From assembly GCA_976551045.1 (NCBI GenBank), contig CDPCPM010000026.1, positions 21,638,001 through 21,702,000 of the forward strand: DNA of 64,000 nt, given 5' to 3'. Under the pieces are notes generated by a model, which was given only the letters and a program-made list of their open reading frames with translations, did not search any database and was not told the DNA's origin. The stretch is from Glaucostegus cemiculus. Its lineage: Eukaryota. Positions 25,458-39,019 of this stretch are shown one piece after another (positions within the stretch are counted from its first letter, which is position 1; every line of letters starts with the position of its first letter). Position numbers and translations under genes: made by a program.

Positions 25458-27004
25458 AGAACTAGATTGCCCATCTCCAAGGTGAAGAATCTGTAATATG
25501 GAACTTACTGAGTCTTTCAAGGATAGATCTCTTCCTTCAGATGTGGTCCTAAGTTCTGTATTAAAAGTCCTGCCTCTCACTTCTGTAATTTACATTCATC
25601 TTTCAGCGTGTTCAATGCTTATGAAACTAAAAACCTTGATGAACTCTGCGAACCTGTCATGCAGCAAGCCAGCATTATTACAAAGTCTGAACTTATTGAC
25701 ACACATGAATTGATTCTAAAATTGATGTAAACTCAAAAATTTTTGAAACTTTCATTTCTTCTTATCCAAAGAAAAATTTCACACTGTCCTGAATGTGGCC
25801 TACGTCCTTGTTGAAATTTAAATCCTATCAACATAATGGAGCTGGCGCAATCACATATTAATAATATGAATTATTAAATTACATCCATTGCATGAAGTGT
25901 GAACAACATAAAATATTTCTTGTCTTAAGACACTACATGTTAGCTGCATTTTAATGTTCCCCTGATGTTCACCAACTGTGAACGAAAAGGTTTTAAAGGT
26001 TTTACTTGCTACCACACCAGCCATCTGAGAGTTAATAACCTTATTGAATAATCAATGCCATAAATGGTTCTCAATTTACAGGAAAACGTGGTCTGCTAGG
26101 ACAGCTATTGATAAACTGGCATGTCTTTGATCTTGCACTGGGATCCAGTTTACTGAAACTGAGTACGGCACTTCTGAGGTAGAACTGGCATAGTATTTTG
26201 CAGGGATTAACAAATCATACTTATCATCCCTTCTTTTTCTCTGTTATTCTGTAAATTGTCCAAAACTGACAAACTTCCCTGGCAATGAGATCTGCCATTT
26301 TACTCGTTCATTATTCTTTCCCCACCAGTCCCACTTCTCTTCCTCTGAAAACATCAACTCCAGCTGCAGTATGGTTACAAATGTTCTGGCCTGCCTTCAG
26401 TGCCATTTTTTTATGAATAATGCAGATGATGAGTTTCATAGAATATTGAATGAAGTAGAGACACCACATATGTGACAAAACTTCTTCTTATCCTATATCC
26501 TTATTTTCAGCAAACTGTCCACTGGTCATTGAGCAGAAACAGAACAGATGGAACACCCGTACATGGCTCAGAGCATTTTAAAGTAAAATTTAATATCTTT
26601 TTCAGCCAACTTAACTGAAATCAGCACACACTTGGGATCTCCTAGGCCACTTCATTTAGCTTACCCACTGGCTTAACCAACTGAGCCAATCGGAGAAATC
26701 TGCTATGGCTTTAATCAGAAAACAAGAATTATATAGGTGCAAGTTTCAATGTCACTGGAGGCAGGTGACACCCATAACAGGTCTGAAGAACAACTTCATC
26801 ATAATTTCACCAAAAGAAAATGGTTCAGTTCAATGTGCAAAATTTGTTTTGCCCTACGGTAAGTAACTTTAATTTATTTCAAAACTTCAATTTCTCCCCC
26901 AAAGCCTGTAAATCTCTTCAGTTATAGTGTGAAATATTAGTCAAAGGTCATTGCAATGTTCATTAGACACACTTTACATTTCTACCAATGTTGCAATGTT
27001 CTTT

Positions 27005-27365
27005 TTTTATTTTAACATTGTTCCACGGGATATGGATGTGGCTGGAAATACCAGTATTTACTGTCTATCCCTAACTCCCCCTAGATCAAGGAGGTAGTTA
27101 AGAGTCAACTATATTAGTGAGTCTGGAGCCCAACTGAGGCCAGACCAGGTATGGATATCACATGGTAAAAACCACATAGGTTTTTAGAACAATCTGAGAG
27201 TTTCAAGCTTATCATTGCTGAGACTAACTTTAATTCCAGATTCATTTAATTACTTGAATTTAAACTTCCCAGCTGCCATGATGAGATTCAAACTTGGCTC
27301 TTGGGATTAATGGACTAAAACTCTGGCTAGTAACCCCATAATTTAACCACTGCACTGCCAGGCCC
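27005..27365 (-). mobile_element. tRNA-derived SINE, same family as 21610-21950
   Basis: GTTAAGAGTCAAC..GTCTGGAG..GGCCAGACCAGGTA..ATTCCAGATT..GAATTTAAA is the reverse complement of motifs in 21610-21950. Confidence 0.7.
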
Positions 27366-27658
27366 CATGCAGAATGACAGCATCCTAAAACCATGTCTTG
27401 CATCAACTGATAAGGGTAAGTAATGAATGTCACACTGTTCAGAGCTAATATTTCACAAGCGTTTCTGATAAAAAGTCCTTGCTCAAACTTCGTATCTCCA
27501 ATATGGATGTTCCAATGTGGTCCAAATTACTATCTTTATTTGTTCTCTGAATTCCATGCTCCTACACATTTCTACCAAGTTTCTCCCTCTTTCAAAATCC
27601 ACTCAATATCTCTGTGTTGCCCATGTTGCTAGATCTACGCAGCTCTAGATTGGGTTAT

Positions 27659-27731
27659 GAAGAGGATAAGAGAAAGAGAAAAAAGGAAAGATTGGGAAAT
27701 GATAGGAGAGGGGGTAGAGAAAGAAAGAAAG

Positions 27732-27766
<35 letters not shown>
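27659..27766 (+). repeat. Purine-rich tract ending in a (GA)n microsatellite
   Basis: Read directly. Confidence 0.9.
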
Positions 27767-27768
<2 letters not shown>

Positions 27769-30094
27769 ATATCCTTTCCCTATAAATCAACATTCACTTT
27801 CAGGCTAAGTGATATGAAAGCTCATCAAGATATAATCAAGAGAGATGAAGCTTCCTGTCCTGTTCTGTTGAAGCAGTATGTGTAAATGGCCTCACACTCT
27901 TCTTCCAAACTACTGTTTGAATGGATTTTGATTCCAATTCTGCCTGCTGGATATCACTGGTGTGAAGTGGTTACAGAGTCTTCAGTCTGACTTCATCAGA
28001 AAGCACATCTTGACAGCATTCTCTGATTAAAGTTCTGCAAGAGAAGAGAAAGGCTGCCAAACCCCATCCTGGGCGAAGTGACAACTTTCACACAGTGGAA
28101 AAATGAGTGAAGGCACAAATAGCACAAGTGGAGAAAATAAAATTATATAAATGTAAAATTTCAGTCTACTTTGACTGCATTAAGGGAAACAACACAAACT
28201 ATAAACCATTTTATGAAACGGCATTGATTCTGGAATGACAAGCTCCAAGTTGTTGGAAATCTCTGATGGACAGCAGCTGACTTAGGACAGCCAAGAAGTA
28301 ATCTTCATGATCTGCTACAAGTCCAGGATGGTCTGCCAGGTAACTATCTTTTCATATGACCTTGCCCCATCTAGGAGGCATCTTGTTCAAACATCTGTCT
28401 ATTTGCTGATATTTCCAATGAAGGATTCAACAGCAAAAGTGCAAACTGATAAAAACAAATAACATTGTGAATTCTGCTCTTGTTATTTGTTTGTGAGAAT
28501 ACTAATGCTGGCAGATAATGTCCAGAGGATAAAGAGGTGACAGTAATGCATGAAGACTGATAAGAAATGCAAATCAAAATTACCATATCTGATAGCACTA
28601 CCCTGTCACCCCAGCATGATATCTAGTTTTCATGTAGTATGATTTATCCTAATTACCTTCCCCCATAATACTGATTCCCAGTGATGGAGGATTCGCTTCT
28701 CAAGGCAAGGATGAGATCTCATATGTTAATCAGTGCTTGCCAACTATTCCAGCTGACAGCACTTGGAAGCAGATGAAGATTACTGAAATACAATGCAAGA
28801 AAGCCTGAGAACCACTAAAATCAAACTGTTTGGTGTTGCTGGGTTCCAGGCATATTCCAGTTAAACTAGGCTTTCAAGGGGACAGTTCTGAAGGTTCAAG
28901 ACAATGCTTTTGGATGGGAGAAACTCTCATTTTTAAGAGTTTGAAAGTTTACTTTCATCGTCATCACCATTCTACATAAAGGAAATTTTTCTGAGGGGAC
29001 AGAAAGGGGCCTCCTTCTGCAGTGAACAAAATTAAGGAATTTCCAACCTCCACCCCACCCCCTACTTACCACCCAGCCAGACTACCTCACCTTCCACAAG
29101 ATCAAATTACAACCCCTCAGCTCCTTCAACTGCAATAGCACAACAGCCATGGAAATGCCAACTGACTGTTCGCAGAATTCATGCTTACAGCTTTGGTAAA
29201 TTATAATCATTTTTTACCCAATTTCAGAGCTTTCTGCTTATTTGTACTCCGTGCTGTGGGTTGTTTACAATGTGCTGATGTAATGCTGATTCAGCAGTTG
29301 ACCTATATGTAAACCACTGTATCCTAATGATGTAATACTGTAGTAAGCTACACTGACAGTTCGAAATTTTGTCTTGCTTTCTTAAAGCTGTATCAATCCT
29401 CCTGCAAAGTCCAACTTCTCGACAGAATAGGAAAAGCTTTGGACAGTGGCCTATGCAAATAATGATAGGGTAACTTTAGGGTTTATTGAAGTAAAATGCA
29501 AATACTTCACCACAGAGGATTAAGGGAGGTGACTGCACACATAAAATTATTTGTGCTTTGGTTTGAATCTGGGTCCAACTTCAGCTCAACCTTAGTCAAG
29601 TGCTTGCTTTGTCCAAACGCATAATGATGCAAAGGCATTTGTAACCCAATATATTAATTTTTTTTTACATTTTACAAGGTTAGTGGGATGAGTTTCTTTT
29701 TTTAATGAAAATCTGGAGCCAACATGTTTTCTTTCATGCTGAAGGATTCAATTAAGAAAATCGCAAGGTCTGACAATTTTAACAAAGAGAAACTTTCATT
29801 TTAGAGTCATGAAGCCGAACAGCACAGAAATGGGCCCTTTCTCCCATCCTACCCATACCAACCATCGAGTGCCCATCTACACTAGTCCCATTTACTAGAA
29901 ATTGGTCTGTAGCCTTTTATGTCTTAGAGATTCAGATTATATTCTATAAATGAATTTTGCATGTTTCTGAGAATACTATGAATTGGCACACTTGATCCAG
30001 TTCAATAAACTTCTGACTGTGCCATATAACAGCATCAGAATTCTTGATTTCTAAATATTTCATGACTAAAGATTGATGCAGGCTTCAAAGGTAG

Positions 30095-31140
30095 ATAGAA
30101 CATAGAACATGGAAAAACTACAGCACAATTCAGGTCCTTCAGCCCACAAGACTGTGTCGAACATGTCCCTACACTAGAAATTGCTGGGCATTCCCATAGC
30201 TCTCTATATTACTTATCTCCATGTACCTATCTAACAGTCTCTTGCAAGACCCTATCGTATCCGCCTCCACCACTGCTTCCGGCAGCCCATTCCACGCACT
30301 CATCACTCTCTGAGTAAAAAACTTACCCCTGACATCTCCTCTATATCTACTCCCCAGCACCTTAAACCTATGTCCTCTTGTGGCCACCATTTCAGCCCTG
30401 GGGAAAAGCCTCTGACTTTTCTGAGTGGCAAATGCAGTTCAACCCAGATAAGTGTGAAGTGGTTCATTTTGGTAGGTCGAATATGTTGGCGGAATATAGT
30501 ATTAATGGTAGGACTCTTGGCAGTGTGGAGTATCAGAGGGATCTTGGGGTCCGAGTTCATAGGACGCTCAAGACGGCTGCGCAGGTTGACTCTGTGGTGA
30601 AGGCGGCATATGGTGTGTTGTCCTTCATCAGTCACGGGATTGAATTTAGGAAATGGGAGGTATTGCTTCAGTTATGTAGGTCCCTAGTCAGACCCCACTT
30701 GGATATGATAGGGTCTTTCAAAAGACTGTTAGATAGGTACATGGAGCTAAGTAAGATAGAGGGCTATGGGAATTCCCAGTAATTTCTAGTGCAGGGACAT
30801 GCTCGGCACAGCTTTGTGGGCCGAAGAGCCTGAATCGTGCTGTGGTTTTTTTATGTTTCTATGTTTCTATATACCCGATCAATACCCCTCATCATCTTAT
30901 ATACCTCTATCAGGTCCCCTCTCATCCTCCTTCTCTCCAAGGAGAAAAGGCCAAGTTCCCGCAACCTGCTCTCATAAGGCATGCCCCGCATTCCAGGCAG
31001 CATCCTCGTAAACCTCCTCTGCACCCTCTCTATGGCTTCCACATCTTTCCTGAACCACAGAGTCAACCTGCGCAGCCGCCTTGAGCGTCCTATGGACTCA
31101 GACCCCAAGATCCCTCTGATCCTCCACATTGCCAAGAGCC
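30095..31140. mobile_element. Composite HER1/CR1: a minus copy (30095-30417 and 30868-31140) interrupted by a plus copy (~30420-30870)
   Basis: WQMQFNPDKCEVVHFG on plus; RKDVEAIERVQRRFTRMLPG and [17 protein letters not shown] on minus; a 3' tail in each orientation. Confidence 0.9.
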
Positions 31141-31538
31141 AAGATGTGAAAGTTATTCAAAATCTTTATAAAGGTGAAGCCACAATAATGTTGAAGGACA
31201 CTGATATGGTCTATAAGAGACACTTCAAATGTGTGAACATGTGAGAACATGCATGCAGAGACAGAATTTTCTCAGATTTGTGCGCCTTACTTACACTTCT
31301 GTGATGTCACACCATAGTAGAACTCTAGGGTAAGGATTCTTCCAGTCAATATGTGTAGTGACATTGTAAATGTGCTTGTGAAGATTTCCTCCATTTGGCA
31401 TCTCTTACAGATGCAAACACACATTCTAAAAGGATGTGTTTACAATTTCATTGCACAAGGTGACCACAGGAATTCTTACCCATCCAAGTTTGACAATCTA
31501 GAGTCTGTAAGTGGTGTGGATTTGAAGGGAGAGGGGCT

Positions 31539-31688
31539 GAGTTTATTCCTTCCTCCTCCGACTCCACTATACACCAGGGGGATAAAGTGATTTCAATATA
31601 TGTGTACATAAACATAGTACAAACTCAAACTCTGAAATCACTTTATCCGCTATTGCATATATGACATGGAGAAAGGAGGAAGAACTTA
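31539..31688. repeat. Imperfect palindrome with a perfect 16-bp inverted repeat
   Basis: GGATAAAGTGATTTCA (31580-31595) / TGAAATCACTTTATCC (31633-31648). Confidence 0.85.
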
Positions 31689-33074
31689 TATTCCCGGACA
31701 TGCTTAAGAGACTCTCCCAGCTCATGCTGTGCACTGATATTTTGAGGTGGCATTCGGATCAGGAACATCTGCATTGGGGAATGATTCTGAACAGCACTCT
31801 AAACCCATCAGAATCTTTATTTCCATAAATTTATTTATTAAAACTGGTGTTTTTAAACCAACATTGAATTTGTGACACCAGCTCCTCAATCATATAATCA
31901 GGTACAGTTTTTCAGAATTTAAACACAAATAATACAGTAAGAGATCTTCCTTTATGTGACTTTGAGGATCATTTATTTGGGACATTTGGACTCTGAAGGA
32001 GATTCAGATATGTTGTAGTTAAGGTTGCCATGATGACCTGCACAAGTAACTGCATAAACATTTAGGCAATCTGGCATCTCATCTTTAGGTAAGCATGTCA
32101 CTAATGTTGAGGATTGTTCAGGGTGTGGAAACTACCCAGTATGTTGTTACGGGCACATTTCTTCACTCTCAAAATCACTAGTACCAAAATCAACCCGTCA
32201 TTCAGGAGTTGTTATATTTCCACAACTGCAAACTGGAGACACTTCCAGCCTTTCTAACGATATCAATGTAGGCCAGTGTGATGACAGCCCGTTTCAAGCT
32301 GTTGCTGGCCTGTCAAGCCACAGTGCAAGTGAAAGACCAGACACATCAAGTGTCCACAACAGGAGCATGTGCAGAAAGGAGGGACACACCACTCCACTCT
32401 TCCTCCTCTGTATAACATTTGAGTTCTATGTGCCCTGGAAAGTCGTCAGATTTAAAATACAGGCACTGCCCTGCTTGCTTATCATGCCCCATTGGTACAA
32501 AAACATGACCAGAAGAGTGGCTGAACATAGTAGTAAAGACAGAAGAAGCCATCAAGGACCAGGACAGACTATAATGTTCAAATCTTGTTAGCTTGTTTGC
32601 TTGCTTTTTGTGGAAGAACTGTTTACAATAAAGCAATGTCTATCTATTTGGTTTTTGCACCATTTGACTTATGGACATGAGGAATACAGAAATGAACCTT
32701 GTACCTTGAGACATCTGGGTGTGAGTTTCTAATAGCATCACCCATTTCAAGTTTATCAAGTATGAAACCAGGAATCATATCATCCTGGCCTCAGTGTAAA
32801 GTGGGTGCAAATGTGACAGATTGGATTAGAGCCACTGTAAATGCTTTAGGACTGAGTTGAAGAATTGGAATACTTACTGCTTCAGAATGAAATATACTGT
32901 ATATACCCTTGCCTGATCTTCAGCAATAGTGCAGTAAAGAAGGTTGGTTAATGGGGACTTTGCATCTATTTTCTTTGACTTGATCATTTTAATTGAGATT
33001 TTAATTGAGTAGCTTGTGGCATGCTAGTCCCAGAGTAAATGTTCAGTAGGAACTTTTTGTATGGCAGTAGAAGA

Positions 33075-33368
33075 TCTATCTTACCTTATCTTATCTTATC
33101 TTTATTAGTCACATGTACATCGAAACACAGTGAAATGCATCTTTTACATAGACTGTTCTGAGGGCAACCGCCACGCTTCCGGTGACAACATAGCATGCTC
33201 ACAACTTCCTAACCCATACGTCTTTGGAATGTGGGAGGAAACCAGAGCACCCGGAGGAAACCCACGCAATCACGGGGAGAATGTACAAACTCCTTACAGA
33301 CAGCAGCTGGAATTGAACTTAGGTCACTGGTGCTATGATAGTTTTACATTAACCACTACACTACCATG
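33075..33368 (-). mobile_element. V-SINE with Rex1-type tail ending in (GATAA)n
   Basis: Reverse V-domain GTGGGAGGAAACCAGAGCACCCGGAGGAAACCCACGCA; tail TTTATTAGTCACATGTAC..ACAGTGAAA. Confidence 0.88.
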
Positions 33369-33781
33369 CTAGTTCAATTAAATTGAAAAGATCAGAACAT
33401 TCAAATGTGATGAGAATTGTGTCCAAGTAATGCTTGACAGAGCACTTGCTGAAGATAGTACTTTTGGTTATACAATAAAAGGCATAACACTGGGCATCAC
33501 TGAAAAGCTTTTCAAGTTCATTAGGAGACTGGTAGTCTGAGGCACACTTATTCCTCATTCATGCAGTGCTCCTAAACTGCCAGAAACACCTCTTCATGCC
33601 ACCTATATTTCTTATACTAGGTACAGATGCTCATGAATAAGGAGTTTGTTAACACTAGCGCAAACTGCATAAGGAAACCAACTCTGGCACCCACTTTATG
33701 TACCCATGATGCATTAAAACTTGCATCACACTTTCTACTCTCCTTTTTATGTGATGCAGCCTTGCTATAGTTTTACAATTA

Positions 33782-33845
33782 ATAGAACATAGAACAGTAC
33801 AGCACAGAACAGACCCTTCGGTCCACAATGTTATGCCAACATAAT
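33782..33845 (-). mobile_element. CR1/HER1 3' tail stub
   Basis: ATAGAACATAGAACAGTACAGCACAGAACAGACCCTTCGGTCCAC. Confidence 0.8.
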
Positions 33846-35499
33846 TTCCTTTTTTGGATCCCACACTTGATTACTTCACACTTAAAAGGGTTGCCTTCTA
33901 CACAAATTCTATTCTGCTGCTGGAAAACCGAAACCTTTCAATTTGTTAGCTCTGGTCTAATTTTTTGCATTCAGTGAATCTTTGAGCATATATTGCAATT
34001 CTATCCCTCTGAGAATGAATGCAGGATTTCCTATTCTTAACAAAAATATAAACTATTCTCACCCCCACCTGCAGTAACCTTGCTGAGAGTTCCAAGAATG
34101 TAGAAAAAAGAAAATGATGAATTGCCTCCAACAATACTGTGTTCTGCTCACGCGGTGATGGCATGATGGTTTATTTTAAGAAATTAACAGTAGCCCATTA
34201 AAATTCTCCATTCTCACTGTGTCTTATTTTCCCCCAGGGGTAACTTTACAGAAGAATTTCCTAAGCTGCTTCGCACTAAGCATTTGCTTGAAACCCCTCT
34301 CTTGCTTTTCAGTCAATACAGGAAAGCAGAGTCAATTCTTACTTAAGGAGGCAAAAGTCAACCTGCTGGTCGATCATTTGTACGTCTGTGAACATGGATT
34401 CCCGTAAAATCAATGATCTTCAGTTATTGCTATCAGTCTGTTTCTAAAATAGACTGGAAGCTGTTTAAGTTCATACATGCAGTCAGTGTGCCCAGGGCAA
34501 CATCACTCACTTATCTTCTATCCGTCCATTCCTCCATTTATTAGAGTCTCTGAGCTCTTACTCAAAGAGAACACGAATCCATAATATTAAGATTACACCA
34601 AATTTACTTCATAGAATGACAGCCAATTTGATTTGTGAAAATACCTGATTTTTAAGAACTATCCCAGGTTACACTTCCAATATTGTGTTCACTCCACCAC
34701 TTCCCTCCCCAACAACTCCCTCCCTATTCTCACCAGCACCCAACCCCAGACTGCGTTACTTAAGGAAAGTATGGAAGTTATGTGGCTGATTATGGAATGA
34801 CTTGTTTTATAGTGTTACTGTATATTTTCACAAAATCAGATAGAGAACTTTGGGCAGATGCTGGTGGGGTTGGGGAGTTGGGGGTAAATATGGTGAGGCA
34901 GGAGAGAGGGACAGGGCGGTGCTATGGAAGAGATGTTCACAACTCTAGGTACCTGAAAGGAAAATGTTGATTCTTGTGGATGTGAATATTGTTAATCCTT
35001 TGTGAACCACTGCGACAAATTTACTCCAATATATTCAGAAAGACTATGCTCTTTACTCATCCGATTTTCCAAACATAGAGGCATAAACTTCTCTGCCCAG
35101 CCATGAAGAAGTCATTTTCTCCATTGTACATTCAACAGAAAATTAAACTTTTGTTTTAAAAGATTCATAGCACCACATCAGGAGGTTACAGAAAGTAGGG
35201 CAGATGGAATCAATGCCCAGAAGGACAACATATTGATGAACATGTAAAGAAACTCAACAGGCATAAAAATAAAGAGAATATTGGGTAAAAAGTCAAGTAT
35301 GTTTTTAATAAAGTAACCTTCATTTCAATGCATAAACTGTGGCGTCTTTTCCTGCCAGTACTTTGTGTCTCACTGTTCTAAATTTGCATTCCTAAACAGT
35401 TCACATCTCAGGACATGTAGAAACAAGTCTACTGTTAGACCTGGACATTAAAGGCTAACTACTTTTTAAAGTGAGTGCAAAATATACTATAGTGCTAAA

Positions 35500-36130
35500 G
35501 AAAAAATTTTGTATGACAGCGCCACAACTGCTCATATTAATGCCCTGCTCCTGTCACATAATTTTAAGATTTGGGCTCCACGCAGACAAAGCAAGCTCTG
35601 TGGGATTGTGTGTCCCACTGGCATAACATGGCGGTGTCATGTAGGCCTAGACAGCTCCTCCTGAGTATAAACATGCATAGGTTACGACTTCTCAACCCTT
35701 CCCTTCAGCAGAATATCTTCCTTGGTTGCCCCCAGCTAATTCAAATGCTAATGGTCTATTTCAAAACAAACTCTCAGATGCAACTAATTTCAAGAGAGGA
35801 AGAAGCTCCCTATGCTAAGCTCGAGCCGGTGCGCTTCACCGAACGCCGTTTCAAAGTGGCTCATAGCACAGAGCCCAGAGGAGGTGGTGCCTCCATTTCC
35901 TATGAATTAAATATTAACAGCATTAGTGTGTAATTTTAATCATTAATTAGCACTGGGTTAATTACGTACGTGACTCACAAGAGCACTGTAAATGTTGCTG
36001 GTGATAAACTAACATTGAAGAAAGCATGAAATTGTAACTGCACTGCAATTAGCAGGAAAACAGCCCCTGTGCAGTTAACGGGTAGGCTGATAGAAAGGCC
36101 CTTTCAGGCACTCTTTGTAGCCTCTTATGT
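35500..36130. promoter_or_regulatory. Candidate conserved non-coding enhancer
   Basis: No recognisable repeat; retained CpGs; YY1-like AACATGGCGG (35625-35634), AP-1 TGACTCA (35971-35977) and clustered TAAT/ATTA. Confidence 0.4.
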
Positions 36131-36879
36131 TCAGACAATATGGAACTGCAGCCAATTCAAACAAGGATAAGGCAGAAGATAAAGAACAAAACACTATAAT
36201 AGCAGGTGAGAAAACACAAGGGAACAAGACTCAGCTACCTTCAGTTGCTGCGGTCTCTCACCTCAGGCAAGCCAACAGCTTGTTCCTCTGTTTTTACCAA
36301 TGCTTAACACTGAATGTTTCGTACACTTAATCAGAGGTCTCCTCTACCTATAAAAGGTGCAATCCTAGGGAGCGGCCTAGGCTTTTCTAATTATCTTCAT
36401 TTAAAATTTTTTTAGGCTTTTTTTGCAGGCTTTTTACTTTGTTATAGAAATGTCAATCCTGGGAAAGAACTTATTTAATTTCTTGATTCATTCATGGGTC
36501 AAAACCTGTAAGTGCTTGCACCCCAATGAAATAGATTATGGAATTTCCAAATTCTTTAAAATATTTCATTTCTTAGAGCAATCATGGGCTATTCTGAACT
36601 CAGAATTAATACCCTTGCAGGTGTTAGGTGAAGGAGGTGCAGATCTGGGGACTGGTTCACACTAGTGCAAAGGTTGCCATTCATTAAGTTTCAGCAAACA
36701 CACAGAATCACTGGCACCTTCCAATTTCAAAATTGTTTTTTTGATTTTTCACCTACTTCTCAAATGAATTTTCTTTTACTGCACTTTGAAATGCTTGAGG
36801 CAGTGTCTATAGTCTAATAAAATGGAGCAACTATATCTGAATAGCTGTAAATACCAATTTCACTAATAATGTGAAGACA

Positions 36880-36956
36880 ATAGAGACTGCAGTTGTTGGA
36901 ATCTAGAACAAAAACAGAACGTTAGAAGAACTCAGTGCAGTCAAGCAGCATCTGTA
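36880..36956 (-). mobile_element. Penelope-like tail stub abutting a SINE
   Basis: GACTGCAGTTGTTGGAATCT..AGAAGAACTCAG..CAAGCAGCATCTGT. Confidence 0.55.
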
Positions 36957-37233
36957 GGGGCAGGCATGGTAGTGTTCCTCATAGCGTAACGCTAATACAG
37001 AGCCAGCGACCCAGGTTCAATTCTGGCCACTGTCTGTAAGGAGTTTGTACGTTCTTCCCGTGTCTGCGTGGGTTTCCTCCAGGTGCTCTGGTTTCCTCCC
37101 ACATTCCAAAGACGTACAGGTTAGGAAGTTGTGGGCATGCTATGCTGGCGCTGGAAGTGTGGTAACACACTTTATGCAAAAAGGTGCATTTCACTGTGTG
37201 TTTTGATGTACACGTGACTAATAAAGATATCTT
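36957..37233 (+). mobile_element. V-SINE with Rex1-type tail
   Basis: B-box-like GGTTCAATTC, V-domain, and tail CATTTCACTGTGTGTTTTGATGTACACGTGACTAATAAA. Confidence 0.88.
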
Positions 37234-37714
37234 AAAAGTTGTGGCTTGAGATTCAAATTCAAAACTGGCTTATAAGTTTCTACCTTATGTTAGTGGCTGC
37301 CTAATATACAATTATATTTTAACAAATCGCTATGCTAGGAATGTAGCTGTATAGGTGTGGTAAATTTTGCATGTCACCTATCTTTGATTCCTTTCTTTTT
37401 CTCAAGAACATGCTCCCACTTAACCACTTTGTCTGAATGTGTAGTGTCACTTCCCACATGTGTGCTGGCAATGTCCAACTCTGCTTGATCTTTGCCATTC
37501 TTGAATCCTCCACTGTATTCCATTTGTCTAGTTGATGTTCAATGCTGGCCAACTACTACAAAATTAAACAAAATAAAATTGATCACAAAGAAGAAGTGGA
37601 AAGACTTAAGTCAATGTCTTGACATTAAAGACTTAGATACCAGTCTGCAGCCACTCACTCCATCCCCGTCCTTTGTAATTGCCTGAAACAAAACCAAACT
37701 ATTTGTACACTTAG

Positions 37715-38135
37715 TGTGATAAACTTAGAGATGAGCTTCAGAACACACAGCCCTGCCATCAAGACTCTATTTTACCATAACATCTGCCGACTCAAGTGCT
37801 GACTCATCTGCTGACAAAATACTCCTACATGTCTTAGCTACATCTAGACTTGACTATTCCTCCTAGTCAGCTGCCTATTGTTCTAAATTTGAGGACATCC
37901 AAACCTTTATTGCCCAGAACCTAACTTTTACCAGGTACCATCTGTGTTCAGTGACTTATGTGGGCTAAGCAGTGATTCAGTTTTAAAATCTGCAACTTTT
38001 GTATTCAAATCCCTCCATGGTCTCATGTCTCTGTGCATCTGTAATTCTCTCCAAGTATCTGCATTCCTTTAACTGTAGTTCTAACCATCCTTGAATTGCT
38101 CCACCACTGGTACCATGCTTTCAGCTGCCAAAGTC
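37715..38135 (+). mobile_element. L2 (LINE2) RT 3' fragment
   Basis: TCTAGACTTGACTATTCC (SRLDYS), TTTAAAATC..TTCAAATCCCTCCATGG (FK..FKSLHG) and TTCAGCTGCC. Confidence 0.7.
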
Positions 38136-39019
38136 AATACCTGACGAATCCTGTAATTGATCAGACCTCCAAAATTATGTTCAGTTTGAAGCATTAATAC
38201 TTGACCAATGTCAAGTACACACTGCAGACCTGATCGTCAGCCAGTATTTATTTTGTGCTTCAAATACAATACCCATGGATCTTACTGAGAGGAAGTATAA
38301 ACAAAGCACACAAACAGAAGAAAGGATAGTTTAACAGACAGATTTTGAGAGAACGTTATTAAGACTAGGAAATGGAGACAGGTAATGTCCTTAAAGCAGC
38401 AAGATACAAGTCTGATGTTCTGACTTCCTATTTGCATAACACACTTCTGCAACTTTAATTCACCCCTTACCACTCACAAGAAGCCAGGAACAAGCTAGCT
38501 GCAATTGGTACCCTTTCATAACAGACAATGATCAATGGACACCACCATCTCAATGAATGGTGGTCACAAGGGCATACATGTTCACTGGAGATTCAAAAAA
38601 ATTGACACAAATAGAGTACAAAGGCAGATGGATAGCAGTAGAACTTGGGCCACCAATCTTAAGCATAATTCCACTGTGAGGAATTGTAAGCAAGGCATCT
38701 GCCTAACCCTCAGCACAGTATATCATGGTTGAACAATGAGCTGCAATGTGAAGGAAGAAAAAACACATTTAAAAAAAACAATTGCTAGTGCTAGCAGTTA
38801 AAATGCAAAGCAGAGTCATTTATTGATGCTGGATTACTGGAGTGCAGAGATGTTCAAAGTTGGCCAACAACCAGAAAGTTAAAGATTTGCGCAGTATCTT
38901 TAACGTGCAAGAATATCTCTCGCTGCTTCACAGTGGCTTTCTTATACAAAAGTTGATACCAAGCCACAAGGAGATAACAAGGTCGAAGAAGCAGGGTGAA
39001 GAGTGGAGTGGGGTGGGGT

